Source: a phage
Sequence record: PZ496580.1
Direction: 5' to 3' (one strand)
DNA length: 64,000 bases
Position 1 is the stretch's first letter, and every line of letters begins with the position of its first letter. Below the pieces are notes generated by a model, which worked only from the letters and a program-made list of their open reading frames with translations, made no database searches and was not told the DNA's origin. Both the position numbers and the translations under genes were made by a program. Below, in pieces: positions 52,990-63,227 of this stretch.

Positions 52990-54789
52990 ATGCTAATGTT
53001 TAATAACTCCGTTAAATGGTTTACCGGAATTGTAGAAAACAGGGAAGACCCATTAATGCTGGGGCGTGTTCAGGTTAGGATTCATGGTATACATCCCTCG
53101 CTATCCGCGCACGGTGACATTCAAGGTCTTCCAACCGAAGATCTATTATGGATTACGCCAGTACAAGATATTACAAGCGCGGCGATCTCCGGTATAGGTC
53201 AAAGCCCTACTGGTATTGTTGAAGGTTCAATGGTATTTGGTTTGGCTTTAGATGAACGTTATTTAAACTGCGTTATTCTGGGTACTATTGCCGGACAATA
53301 TACAGAGAAACCACTCACTACAGAAGGTTTTTGCGACCCTTCTGGTGCATATCCTCGTTATATTGGTAATGATGTTAATATTCTTGCTCGTGGCGGTATT
53401 AACCCAGAAACCGGGCAAACAACAAAACCTGATAGTGTCTATATTCGAGATGAAAACACTGGAGTTGCAGTAAATCCAGACGACGAGCCATTAGATCAAA
53501 TTCCGGTTGATGATAATCCTGATTTTACAATAGAAAAAATGCTGCGTGGCGATGAGGGATATCGCGAGAAATGGTATCTTGATTCAGAAGGATATCCGAC
53601 AATAGGCATCGGGCATTTGATCATTTATAAGAAAACCAGTGATCTGGGTATTATCAATAATGAACTTTCTAAGCTGGTAGGGCGCGAAGTTACAAACGGA
53701 AGACTTACTGCCGAAGAAGTTAGCAAAGTATTTGCTGACGATATAGAAAAAACTCGTCGTGATATGCGCAAACATCCACGAATTGCACCTGTCTATAATA
53801 AATGTAATGCTTCTCGTCGTATGGCATTAGAAAATATGGCGTTTCAAATGGGTGTTGGTGGCTTAGGGAAATTTAAGAATAGTCTTGCTGCAATGCTGGC
53901 GGAAGAATGGAAACAAGCCTATGATGGATTACGTCAATCGGTATGGGCTAACCAAACTCCAGGACGTTCAAGCCGTGTATCTAAAATTATTCTGACTGGT
54001 AACTTAGAATCATATGGCGTAATTGCTCCAAAGAAAGAGGAATCAATTTCTGATGACCCGCGAGCACGTTTGAGAAATGCCCGTATTGCTGCCTATAAGA
54101 CGCAGAGAGCAGAAGAAGACCCAGAAGCACCGTTTACCCCACAAGACACACGAATCATGTTTAAAGAGCCTAAGAGTTCGTATTCTGCAAGGTATCCATA
54201 TAACCATGTATACGAGTCAGAGAGCGGTCATATTATCGAGATTGATGATACTCCTTCTCACGAACGTTATCATCGTAAACATCCTTCTGGTACATTTGAA
54301 GAAACCAGACCGGACGGAACGAGGGTAGAAAAGATTGAAGGCGATGACTATTTGATCGTTAAACAAGGCCGGAAAGTAAACGTTAAGGGTAATTTGCAAG
54401 TTGTTGTTGAAGGTGACGCGCAAGTTTATTATATGGGTAATGTGATGCAAACCGTTGATGGTAACGTCACTGAATTTATTCGTGGCAATGTTAATCAGAC
54501 CGTTGAGGGTACTGCAAATATGCATGTTGTAGGTGATGTTATCGCACAGCTTGACGCTAATTTGACGGCTAATGTCAAGGGTAATGCTGAATTAATGATC
54601 GAGGGTAACACTACAGAGACAATTAAAGGTAACTATGATTTAACCGTTGAGGGTAATTTTAATATGACCGTCAATGGCACTAAATCAGATCAGGTTAATG
54701 GTGACTGGTCCCGTAATTGTGGTGCAAGCGTTAAAGATATTGCATCTGGCACAGTTAAAATTGATGGTAGCCGTATTGATCTTGGGTGA
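52990..54789 (+). CDS. 5: baseplate hub / tail-associated lysozyme gp5
   Basis: central T4-lysozyme-like domain (DSEGYPTIGIGHLI, MAFQMGVGGLGKF, WANQTPGRSSRVSKII); C-terminal VxGxxxxx beta-helix repeats. Confidence 0.92.
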   Translation: MLMFNNSVKWFTGIVENREDPLMLGRVQVRIHGIHPSLSAHGDIQGLPTEDLLWITPVQDITSAAISGIGQSPTGIVEGSMVFGLALDERYLNCVILGTIAGQYTEKPLTTEGFCDPSGAYPRYIGNDVNILARGGINPETGQTTKPDSVYIRDENTGVAVNPDDEPLDQIPVDDNPDFTIEKMLRGDEGYREKWYLDSEGYPTIGIGHLIIYKKTSDLGIINNELSKLVGREVTNGRLTAEEVSKVFADDIEKTRRDMRKHPRIAPVYNKCNASRRMALENMAFQMGVGGLGKFKNSLAAMLAEEWKQAYDGLRQSVWANQTPGRSSRVSKIILTGNLESYGVIAPKKEESISDDPRARLRNARIAAYKTQRAEEDPEAPFTPQDTRIMFKEPKSSYSARYPYNHVYESESGHIIEIDDTPSHERYHRKHPSGTFEETRPDGTRVEKIEGDDYLIVKQGRKVNVKGNLQVVVEGDAQVYYMGNVMQTVDGNVTEFIRGNVNQTVEGTANMHVVGDVIAQLDANLTANVKGNAELMIEGNTTETIKGNYDLTVEGNFNMTVNGTKSDQVNGDWSRNCGASVKDIASGTVKIDGSRIDLG

Positions 54790-54797
54790 GGTAACTA

Positions 54798-55364
54798 ATG
54801 GTTGAAATTCTTCCTGTGAGTTCAAAATTGGAGGATATCAGCGAGCGAGAAATCTTTGAGGTGGTGTTCTCTTATAAAGCAACGCCACCTGATGCAAACA
54901 CCACATACACGATTAAAGAGTTTAAGATCAGCGAGTATCGCCCTAATAAGGGCGTTACCGTTGAAGAAACTAAAATATCTGGTGAGTATCGGGATAGTTT
55001 TTCGCTTGGCGCGGATTCTCTTAAATATATAACGAAAGATCGAATTAAAAAATCTGCCGGAAGTTTTGATGATTTACCAGATCCAACTACCGCAGATCTA
55101 TATTATTTTAACGCTCCTACACGTCTACAGGAGGTTTATACTTATAAAGTAACCCTAACCTATATCCAATCTGTTTCAGAGTCTTCTGGTGGTTCCGGTG
55201 AAGGAAATAGTGGTGGTTCTAATAGCCGAGAGGGTGCTGGTGAAACTAATCCGCCTCCGGTAGTAACCGAACACACAATAGAGAAAGTTTATACTCAAAC
55301 CGTTTTTGGAAATTGGGATGTGTGGAGTAAACAGTTAAGAGATTATGTACATAGGGGTGTTTAA
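54798..55364 (+). CDS. hypothetical protein (gene 5.1 position)
   Basis: 188-aa ORF between 5 and 5.4; Gly/Ser-rich segment. Confidence 0.55.
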   Translation: MVEILPVSSKLEDISEREIFEVVFSYKATPPDANTTYTIKEFKISEYRPNKGVTVEETKISGEYRDSFSLGADSLKYITKDRIKKSAGSFDDLPDPTTADLYYFNAPTRLQEVYTYKVTLTYIQSVSESSGGSGEGNSGGSNSREGAGETNPPPVVTEHTIEKVYTQTVFGNWDVWSKQLRDYVHRGV

Positions 55365-55657
55365 TGGCTGGATTATCCTACGATAAAGCTAAAACTACAG
55401 GGCACGGAAACTACCCACCTACGGTAATTAATGCAACTCAATCTAAGGTATTTGTTGAGGGTATCCCTGTATTAGTCGAAGGAGACCCAATTACACCACA
55501 TACAAAAACAACAAAACCTTATGATACACACGGGGGAACTACGGTCGCCAGTACCCCGAAAGTATTTGTTACCGGAAAGAAAGCAATTCAAATGGCAGAT
55601 CGTATTAGCTGTGGCGATACCGTCGCTATGGCATCACCGAAGGTATTCATAAAATGA
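55364..55657 (+). CDS. 5.4: PAAR-repeat spike-tip protein gp5.4
   Basis: 97 aa, same size/position as T4 gp5.4; repeated PKVFV(E/T)[17 protein letters not shown]. Confidence 0.8.
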   Translation: MAGLSYDKAKTTGHGNYPPTVINATQSKVFVEGIPVLVEGDPITPHTKTTKPYDTHGGTTVASTPKVFVTGKKAIQMADRISCGDTVAMASPKVFIK

Positions 55658-57558
55658 CAAAGCAAAAGATTACACAAATTCCTGATATTTTTAATGCTGC
55701 TACATTCGATGAAATTAAAAGCGCATTAACAGACTGGATGAGAAACCAGGAAGAATTTAAAGATTTTGATTTTAATGGTGCTGGTATTAACGTATTGATG
55801 GACTTGCTCGCATATAACACTCTGTATATTCAGCAATTCGCTAACGCCGCTCTATATGAATCTTTTATCAGAACTGCAATTAAACGTAGTTCAGTGGTTC
55901 AAGCCGCGCAAGATTTAGGATATTTGCCAGCAAGTAAAACTAGTGCATCAACTACAATTATGTTGCATGTATCACATCCGCGAAATCCGGCAAGTATTCG
56001 AATCCCACGAGGAACTAAATTTATTGCAAGTGTGGATCGCCAGACGTCTTATCCGTTTGTGACTACAGAAGACGTTGTGAGCGTTTTAGGTTCAAATGGT
56101 TTATATACGCCTATGCTTAAAGTCGCACAAGGTCGTATTGTTCGTACAGAAATGTTATTTGATCCGAAGAAACAAATTCTGATCCGTGACCCTGATATTG
56201 ACCGCGCTCAGGTTAAGTTGTGGGTAGACGGTGCTGAATGGAAAGACTGGACGCGAGAAAGTATTGTTAATGCAACTGGCGCTAGTAATATTTTCTATAT
56301 GCGTGAAACCGTAGACGGACATACAGAAATCTTCTTTGGTGAAGGTGAATCAACTTTATCTGCTGCTGGCGGTGCACTGGAAGCAAATTATATTGGTGGA
56401 CTTAAGCCGTCAACTGGTGCTAATATTGTTATTGAATATATCAGCACTAAGGGCGCGGAAGCAAACGGTTCAGTTAATTTTACATATGCGGATACATTGG
56501 CATCAATTTCTATTGTTAAAATTATTGAGAATCCGACAAATGATCGTGATTATGTCGGTGCAGATGGTGGTGGTGATCCTGAATCAATCGAACGTATTCG
56601 TGAACTTGCTCCGGTAATGCGTGAATCTCAGCGTCGTTGTGTAACTGCTTCCGACTATGAGGCTTTTGTGTCTAGCCGTTTTGGTAGTATTGTTCAGGCT
56701 GTACAATGTTTCACCGACCGAGAAAAACCGGGTTATGCTTTTGTTGCTGTTAAGCCTAAATCTGGCTTGCGTTTGACAACTGTTCAAAAAGAAGATATGC
56801 GGGATTATCTGGCAAAATATAATCTTGCCCCTATCACGCCGAGCATAATTGACCCTAACTATCTGTATATTAAACAGAATATTAAAGTTTCCTATTCAAT
56901 CAACGACTTGTCAGAATCAGAGCAGTGGTTGCGCGGTGCGGTTATTGATCAGATTGATGCATATTATACCGACGAAGTGGAAATTTTTAACCAGACATTT
57001 AGTAAGTCTAAAATGCTTGCTCGTATTGACAAAGCTGACGTGTCTGTGATAGGTTCTAGTGCAGAAATCGAGATGGTGCGAGAGATCGACAACTTCTATA
57101 AAGCACCTATGGCTGGAATCAAGTTTTTAAACCAGTATAAGAGCGGAATTAAGTCTAGTTCATTCAACTTCGAAAAGGACGACAAGCAATATCCGATCCA
57201 TTATGTAAGTACAGAAATGAACAAAGAATCCGGTTTAGCTAAATTGCTGGTTGGACCTTTCCCTGTTGGTTCTACAATCGCTTTACCGCACTATTCCGGC
57301 ACTGATTTTGATAAAGAGGTTATCGACGGTGCGGACCTATACTTTGAGGTTGGAGAGGTTCAGCATTATGAAGACCTTATTTCATGGGATCTGGGTAAAC
57401 TGAATATCAATAGCGATCGCTTTACTGGTTCATATATTGAGTTGACAGCTAAACCGATTGCTGATAACATCTTTACTAAAGACGGTTCTTTGATCGTGTT
57501 TGAAAACGATCTCCGTCCTCAGTACACAACTATTAGTCTGGAGGCAATTGCTCAATGA
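55654..57558 (+). CDS. 6: baseplate wedge protein gp6
   Basis: 634 aa; size and order as T4 gp6. Confidence 0.7.
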   Translation: MTKQKITQIPDIFNAATFDEIKSALTDWMRNQEEFKDFDFNGAGINVLMDLLAYNTLYIQQFANAALYESFIRTAIKRSSVVQAAQDLGYLPASKTSASTTIMLHVSHPRNPASIRIPRGTKFIASVDRQTSYPFVTTEDVVSVLGSNGLYTPMLKVAQGRIVRTEMLFDPKKQILIRDPDIDRAQVKLWVDGAEWKDWTRESIVNATGASNIFYMRETVDGHTEIFFGEGESTLSAAGGALEANYIGGLKPSTGANIVIEYISTKGAEANGSVNFTYADTLASISIVKIIENPTNDRDYVGADGGGDPESIERIRELAPVMRESQRRCVTASDYEAFVSSRFGSIVQAVQCFTDREKPGYAFVAVKPKSGLRLTTVQKEDMRDYLAKYNLAPITPSIIDPNYLYIKQNIKVSYSINDLSESEQWLRGAVIDQIDAYYTDEVEIFNQTFSKSKMLARIDKADVSVIGSSAEIEMVREIDNFYKAPMAGIKFLNQYKSGIKSSSFNFEKDDKQYPIHYVSTEMNKESGLAKLLVGPFPVGSTIALPHYSGTDFDKEVIDGADLYFEVGEVQHYEDLISWDLGKLNINSDRFTGSYIELTAKPIADNIFTKDGSLIVFENDLRPQYTTISLEAIAQ

Positions 57559-60500
57559 TTAAAGCGCCTAGTGTAACTAGCTTGACAATAGAAAAATTGT
57601 CTGCTAATCAGGCGTATATCACATGGGATGACGTAGGCGAAAACTTCTTTTATTTTGTGGAGTTAGCCGAAACCAGAACACGAGACGGGGAGATCATCCC
57701 CGTCGATGAGTTAAGCTGGGTAAACCTGGGATATACTGCCGACCAAAACTGGTTTGAGGACAAAAACCTTTTTCCAGAATATTATTACAAGTTTCGTGTA
57801 GCAGTAGCCGCAGAAGGATTTGAACAAAGTAAATGGGTTGAGACAGAAGAGTTTCAGACATTTAAAACAAACGCATATAATTTTTCTATGATGCGAGAGT
57901 TCAACCTTGCAAACGAGTTTATAAAGGAAAAATTTACATACGATAATAGAGAGTATGTCAAGTTTAACACTGACCTGATTCAAGCATCCTTGATGAAGGA
58001 AGATTTTGTCTTTAGTCCTGAATATGCAAACATGACAAATATCTCAAACTACATTGTAGTTGACGAGAACTTTCATGAAATACAGGACCACATAGAAAAA
58101 GTTTGTACTGATATAAACCGCACGATGTTAGCGGAAATGAACGGTGTTTTATACCTTTTCGAAAGGTTCCAGCCGATCGTGAAAGTGTCAAATGATAAAG
58201 GTCAATCATGGAAAGCATACAAGGCTTTTAATGATCGTGTAGGCAATCCGGTTTCCCGTACATGCGTTTATCAGTCTAAAACCACTACTTACGTTTTAGG
58301 ATATGACCGAATCTTTTACGGACGACAAGCTAGCGATACTCGATGGAGCGCGGACGATGTTCGATTTAGTGATGATACGATCACTTTTGCAAAGGTTGGT
58401 GACGAAAACGACTTAGGGTTTGATGTTGAGGTCTTTGGTGTATTTTCCAGATTAACAGGGGACACCACAAAATACGCCGAAGCTATGGCGTGCAGTGATG
58501 ACTATTTGTGGGTTGGAGCTAAAGATGTTATTCGCCGGATTCGTCTTAAGAATACTCCTGTTGATACCGTACAGGGTTCTCCTACGTTTGGAGAAAAAAT
58601 ATTCGATCCTGATGTTATCCGAGTAACAGGAAATGATAAAGCTGTCATTCAGAAAATGGATGTGATCGACGGTAAATTGCTTGTGTTTGTTACTGGTGAA
58701 GTTAAACAGCGTTATCAAGATCCAACCAAACCAGAAAACGTTGTTCCGTCAGATGATGCGGGTGTATACTTAATAGGGAGTGATGGTCTGTCTTTTCAGA
58801 GAGTATTTGGCAACACTCCACAGGAAAGGGAATATATTCAGCATGGGTTCAGTAATATGTCAACCAATGGTGATGAGGTGTTCATAAGCCATTATAATCA
58901 TCACTTCGAAAGCATTTTACCTGATCCAGAAACTGCCGCGAAATATGAATTAAGCGAAGCTGTAAAATATTCTCAGGAGCCAACTTATCTAACTGATAAG
59001 AAAATACATCAAACTACTTTCAGAGCAAGTTATGATGATTTGCGTATTTGGGAGCTAGGTCCACAAGCATATTATAACGAGGCTGATTATACATGGATGC
59101 GTCGAAACGGTGTCCGTGTGTGGATCACAAATGATAATCGCCCGTTGGTTGTTTATCCAGAGGTTATCTATACTCAAGAAGTTGATACGTCTGGCATTCT
59201 TGACCAAAATAGGGTCAACCGAGAAGTTTATGATAAAGGGACCGTGACCTGTTATCTTAACAATGTTAAATTTGAAGGATTCAAACAATATGCATCCGGT
59301 GTAATGTTCCATAAAAACACGGGAGAGATCATTGGATTCTATCAATTTAATTATCGTGTTCGTGATCAAGTTGGTGTATATTGGAAACCTACAAATGTAG
59401 CATTTGTTGCTGAATTGCAAAATCAGGTTCGAGAGGTTCCCTGGGTTCCTGTTCATTATGACAGAGAGCAAGATCCAGATTTGCGACCTTTACTGAATAA
59501 GATGACACCGGATAGCTTTTTACTTGAGAACGAAAATTTCAGAAAATTCTCTGAATATTATCTGCAATTCTTAAGTGATGGTTCAGGAACATATTATAAT
59601 AAACTAAAAAATCTGATTAAAAACAAATATCCACGCGAGCAAGATGCATATGAGTATCTTTGGTCAGAGATGAACAAACGAAACATCTATGCAGATAAAA
59701 ACAAGCGAGATGCGGTAGTAAGATTCTTTGAATCCCGCAAATCAGATTTTTATTCCACTAAGGGCGTGGAGGCTTCTTATAAGTTCTTGTTTAAGTTACT
59801 TTATAATGAAGATGTGGAAATTGAGGTTGAATCACAAGCCGGACTAGAGTATGATATTGTTGTTAGTTCAACGAACATTGACGAGGATATCGTAGGTCGC
59901 ACGATTTATACTCAAACCGGACGGGCTAACGTGACGTATCTTGAAAGGGAATATGAAGGTGGTCGCCTACGCTGGCGAGTAACCATTCATAACCTGATCG
60001 GGCGGTTCGAAGAAGGTCAAGTGATCAAATCAGAGAAAACAGCGTTTGAAGGGATGATCCTTGTTGGTGTACGTGGTAAAGAGTTGTTGAGTAGTTCAAT
60101 CGACTATATCAACCGCTCACGAAGCCAATACACCATGAAGATTAAAAGCGCATTGCCAGTTTCGCGCTATGCAAATGATGTAATGCGATTCGTTCATCCT
60201 GTCGGCTTTGGGTTTATCGGTGTTACCCTGCTTACGATGTTCATTAACAGCGGGTTAAGCATGAAACACACAGAGACGATAATTCAATCTCTAAAAAATT
60301 ATAAGTTTGACAGCGGATTGCCTAGCGTGTATCCTGATCGGGTGGCAGACCTTGACGTTGACGGAAACATTAAGAAAGACCCGCTTACCGGAAAAGCATT
60401 ATATTTGACTTCACCTTTAATTGGCGATGAATTTCCGGTTCCTCCTGAATATGATCAGGAGAACAGCGAATTGTTCCACGGACTTAAAGCAAGTGAACGA

Positions 60501-60641
60501 AGATTTGCAATGAGTCCACTGTTTGACCAGTCGGCGGTAACATTCTCTATGTTCCGTGAACTTGTAGATAAACGGTTGAAGGATAATATAGGGAATCCAC
60601 GCGATCCGAAGAATCCGACACAGAGGAAAATTAATGGCTAA
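57555..60641 (+). CDS. 7: baseplate wedge protein gp7
   Basis: 1028 aa (T4 gp7 ~1032 aa); synteny. Confidence 0.7.
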   Translation: MIKAPSVTSLTIEKLSANQAYITWDDVGENFFYFVELAETRTRDGEIIPVDELSWVNLGYTADQNWFEDKNLFPEYYYKFRVAVAAEGFEQSKWVETEEFQTFKTNAYNFSMMREFNLANEFIKEKFTYDNREYVKFNTDLIQASLMKEDFVFSPEYANMTNISNYIVVDENFHEIQDHIEKVCTDINRTMLAEMNGVLYLFERFQPIVKVSNDKGQSWKAYKAFNDRVGNPVSRTCVYQSKTTTYVLGYDRIFYGRQASDTRWSADDVRFSDDTITFAKVGDENDLGFDVEVFGVFSRLTGDTTKYAEAMACSDDYLWVGAKDVIRRIRLKNTPVDTVQGSPTFGEKIFDPDVIRVTGNDKAVIQKMDVIDGKLLVFVTGEVKQRYQDPTKPENVVPSDDAGVYLIGSDGLSFQRVFGNTPQEREYIQHGFSNMSTNGDEVFISHYNHHFESILPDPETAAKYELSEAVKYSQEPTYLTDKKIHQTTFRASYDDLRIWELGPQAYYNEADYTWMRRNGVRVWITNDNRPLVVYPEVIYTQEVDTSGILDQNRVNREVYDKGTVTCYLNNVKFEGFKQYASGVMFHKNTGEIIGFYQFNYRVRDQVGVYWKPTNVAFVAELQNQVREVPWVPVHYDREQDPDLRPLLNKMTPDSFLLENENFRKFSEYYLQFLSDGSGTYYNKLKNLIKNKYPREQDAYEYLWSEMNKRNIYADKNKRDAVVRFFESRKSDFYSTKGVEASYKFLFKLLYNEDVEIEVESQAGLEYDIVVSSTNIDEDIVGRTIYTQTGRANVTYLEREYEGGRLRWRVTIHNLIGRFEEGQVIKSEKTAFEGMILVGVRGKELLSSSIDYINRSRSQYTMKIKSALPVSRYANDVMRFVHPVGFGFIGVTLLTMFINSGLSMKHTETIIQSLKNYKFDSGLPSVYPDRVADLDVDGNIKKDPLTGKALYLTSPLIGDEFPVPPEYDQENSELFHGLKASERRFAMSPLFDQSAVTFSMFRELVDKRLKDNIGNPRDPKNPTQRKING

Positions 60642-61629
60642 TGAAAATAGTGTGATCTATCGCTCAATCATTACTAGTAAATTCAGAACGGAAAAACTTC
60701 TGAATTTCTATAATTCTGTAGGCGATGGGGCAAATCAAATTACAATTTATGGAACGTTTGGACGTTCGGAGCCGTGGTCAGAAAACGAAAAAGAGGTGGG
60801 CTTTGCCCCACCTTATCCAACCGACTCAACGGCTGGCGTTGTTGATATGTGGACCCATATGATGGGGGCGGTTAAGATTAACAAATCACTTCTTGATGCG
60901 GTTATCCCTCGTAAAGATTGGGGTGATACCGGACAGGATAACCCGCGCACGTTCTTTATCAATGACATTGTTGTCGTAAACTCAGCACCATATAACCGTA
61001 CAGATGTTGGTAGCGGCTGGATGGTGTATCGCGTAACCGATGTTCCTGATCGCGGTTACTGCTCGATTTCAAGCATTGACGCTAAAGTAGAGTGTTTGAA
61101 GCTGGGCGGAAAGTGGACACCTACTCATGAATCAATCGCGCCACCTGTAGGAAAGGGCGATTCTATTGATATGGGTGATGGGTATCGTTGGGAATATCTG
61201 TACACAATTCCACCTGATGCGGCGATCAACCGTTGCACCAATGAACATATTGTTGTTCCATTCCCAGATGAATTGAGACAAGATCCGGCGCGTTGGGGAT
61301 ATGATAATGTGATCACCTGGTATAATGACTATAATCTGCTTTATCGGCTGAAAGTAGTAACTTTGCGTTTTCAGGCTTATATGGACTCAGCGCAATTCCC
61401 AACTACCGCGTTAGTGGGTAATACTGGCTTCCGTCAGTTAAGCATTATCCTTAACCCATTGGAAAAGAAAGCACGCCCTAGCGATCCAGATGTTAAAGCG
61501 GTTAAAGATAAGTACCGTCCGCAAGACTTAGAGCCACACTCAGGAGAAATGATCTACATGGAAAACCGACAACCTATCGTTCGGTCATTAGATCAAACAG
61601 AACTTGTTTCTGTATTGTTTGAGTTCTAA
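60634..61629 (+). CDS. 8: baseplate wedge protein gp8
   Basis: 331 aa (T4 gp8 ~334 aa); synteny. Confidence 0.7.
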   Translation: MANENSVIYRSIITSKFRTEKLLNFYNSVGDGANQITIYGTFGRSEPWSENEKEVGFAPPYPTDSTAGVVDMWTHMMGAVKINKSLLDAVIPRKDWGDTGQDNPRTFFINDIVVVNSAPYNRTDVGSGWMVYRVTDVPDRGYCSISSIDAKVECLKLGGKWTPTHESIAPPVGKGDSIDMGDGYRWEYLYTIPPDAAINRCTNEHIVVPFPDELRQDPARWGYDNVITWYNDYNLLYRLKVVTLRFQAYMDSAQFPTTALVGNTGFRQLSIILNPLEKKARPSDPDVKAVKDKYRPQDLEPHSGEMIYMENRQPIVRSLDQTELVSVLFEF

Positions 61630-61642
61630 GTGTATGATTTAA

Positions 61643-61670
61643 AAGCCAATTCGAGAGAGTTGGCTTTTTC
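61643..61670 (+). terminator. intrinsic terminator after gene 8
   Basis: aagccaa-ttcgagagag-ttggctt then ttttt. Confidence 0.55.
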
Positions 61671-61681
61671 CATTTTGGGGG

Positions 61682-61709
61682 TTGACAATCTTGTCTGATA
61701 AGGTATAAT
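61682..61709 (+). promoter_or_regulatory. sigma70-type early promoter (TTGACA-16-TATAAT) inside the late baseplate cluster
   Basis: gggggTTGACAatcttgtctgataaggTATAATgctcacatctaaacaacggaggataaattATG. Confidence 0.6.
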
Positions 61710-61738
61710 GCTCACATCTAAACAACGGAGGATAAATT

Positions 61739-61996
61739 ATGGCACGTCGTAAATTTACAGATAATTGTGAAGCAATTCAGGTATCCCCTTGCGGTTGGGA
61801 TGTGATCGCGAACGGTGAAAAGATCGGAGAGATCATCGATCATACTCATTCATCACTAGCCGATTACACCGATGAACTATGGGAGGGTATTAATTGCGCT
61901 AACGTAACCAAACGATTCAAGACTATTGATGAAGCTATACATTTTGTGTATAATCCAACTTTCGGTATGTGGAGTGATAGAAAATGGCACGCGTAA
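61739..61996 (+). CDS. hypothetical protein (first gene of inserted cassette)
   Basis: 85-aa ORF with GGAGG RBS. Confidence 0.55.
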   Translation: MARRKFTDNCEAIQVSPCGWDVIANGEKIGEIIDHTHSSLADYTDELWEGINCANVTKRFKTIDEAIHFVYNPTFGMWSDRKWHA

Positions 61997-62313
61997 ATAT
62001 TAAACTGCATTATACAATGGGTAAACCAAAACATCCAATGTATAAAGTGTTTTGGGGCTTGCATCTTCAAGAAAAATGGCACGATAACTATTGGTTTTGT
62101 GACCATGATAAGAAGTGGCATTCTCAAGATGAAGTTAATGCGATGATGGAACAGGGTATCAAATTTAATTACTCTAATTATGACCATAGCATTACTTGTA
62201 TTCGAAAATTAAAACGGTTTATTCGAAAGAATCCGCAATTTAAAAACTTTGTGTTCTTTATGTCTCATGTTTATTTGGGGCATAGCGTTACCGTAACAGC
62301 AAAGGTTAAATAA
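61984..62313 (+). CDS. hypothetical protein (His/Trp-rich)
   Basis: 109-aa ORF. Confidence 0.5.
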   Translation: MARVNIKLHYTMGKPKHPMYKVFWGLHLQEKWHDNYWFCDHDKKWHSQDEVNAMMEQGIKFNYSNYDHSITCIRKLKRFIRKNPQFKNFVFFMSHVYLGHSVTVTAKVK

Positions 62314-63152
62314 TGGCACGACTTTCTAAACAAGAACAAAAATTACACGATCGAGCAATGGAGTTGATTAATTCAGATCGTCCATTGACCTATGAAGAAA
62401 AAGAATTTTGCTATAACAACTATCAGGGCGATGGTCTAGGTGGTTCCGGTGCATTCTTTACCCCAGAAGGTCTTGCATGGGATTTTACCATCGATGCACA
62501 TTGCACAGGAAAAGTATTAGATCTTTGTGCTGGGATCGGTCGCTTATCTTTTTGTATGTTACATCGTTGTAAGCCAGAAAAGATCGTATGCGTCGAACTC
62601 AATCCAGAATTTGCGCGTATAGGTAAACGACTATTACCGGAAGCAGAATGGATCACCAGCGATGTATTCGAATTTGAGTCAAACGAAAAATTCGATGTGG
62701 TGATCAGCAATCCACCTTTCGGGAAAATCAATACAACCGACACAAAGGATGTATTTGAGTACACTGGCGGCGAATTTGAATTTAAGGTTATGACATTAGG
62801 CCAGAAGTTTGCCGATGTAGGTTATTTTATTGTTCCTGTTGGTTCCGCTGGTTTTGCCTATTCCGGTAGACCTTATTATGACGGGACCATGAAGTCTAAT
62901 AAATATCTAAAATGGAGCAAACAAACTGGTTTGGTGACTTATGCCGGATGTGGGATCGATACATCAATCTATCGCGATGAATGGCATAGTACCAACGTTT
63001 TAACAGAAGTGGTTGAGGTTCGGTATTACGAGAAAGAAGCCGTAGAAGCGCCTAAATCGCGTCCTAACGAACAAATAGAAGAAAGTAAGGAGATTACCTT
63101 ACCGAAACAGGAAAGCGAGTCTGGGACACTCTCAGATTTGTTTGACATTTAA
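62313..63152 (+). CDS. SAM-dependent amino-methyltransferase (N6-adenine/N4-cytosine type or HemK-like), gamma-type motif order
   Basis: motif I VLDLCAGIGRLSF followed by motif IV VISNPPFG. Confidence 0.7.
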   Translation: MARLSKQEQKLHDRAMELINSDRPLTYEEKEFCYNNYQGDGLGGSGAFFTPEGLAWDFTIDAHCTGKVLDLCAGIGRLSFCMLHRCKPEKIVCVELNPEFARIGKRLLPEAEWITSDVFEFESNEKFDVVISNPPFGKINTTDTKDVFEYTGGEFEFKVMTLGQKFADVGYFIVPVGSAGFAYSGRPYYDGTMKSNKYLKWSKQTGLVTYAGCGIDTSIYRDEWHSTNVLTEVVEVRYYEKEAVEAPKSRPNEQIEESKEITLPKQESESGTLSDLFDI

Positions 63153-63156
63153 TTAT

Positions 63157-63184
63157 AAGCCGTCCTTGTGGGCGGCTTTTTTGT
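63157..63184 (+). terminator. intrinsic terminator after methyltransferase cassette
   Basis: agccgtcc-ttgtg-ggcggct then tttttt. Confidence 0.6.
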
Positions 63185-63192
63185 ATGTATTT

Positions 63193-63200
63193 TATAAATA
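63193..63200 (+). promoter_or_regulatory. T4-type late promoter TATAAATA upstream of gene 9
   Basis: exact TATAAATA 27 nt before ATG 63228. Confidence 0.65.
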
Positions 63201-63227
63201 ATACACCATAACATGAGGAATTAAACA

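Noticed and set aside
54217-54525. Minus-strand ORFs inside gene 5 (53584..53775, 54217..54525) and inside genes 6 and 7
   Set aside because: Antisense to long, well-supported structural genes; no start context.
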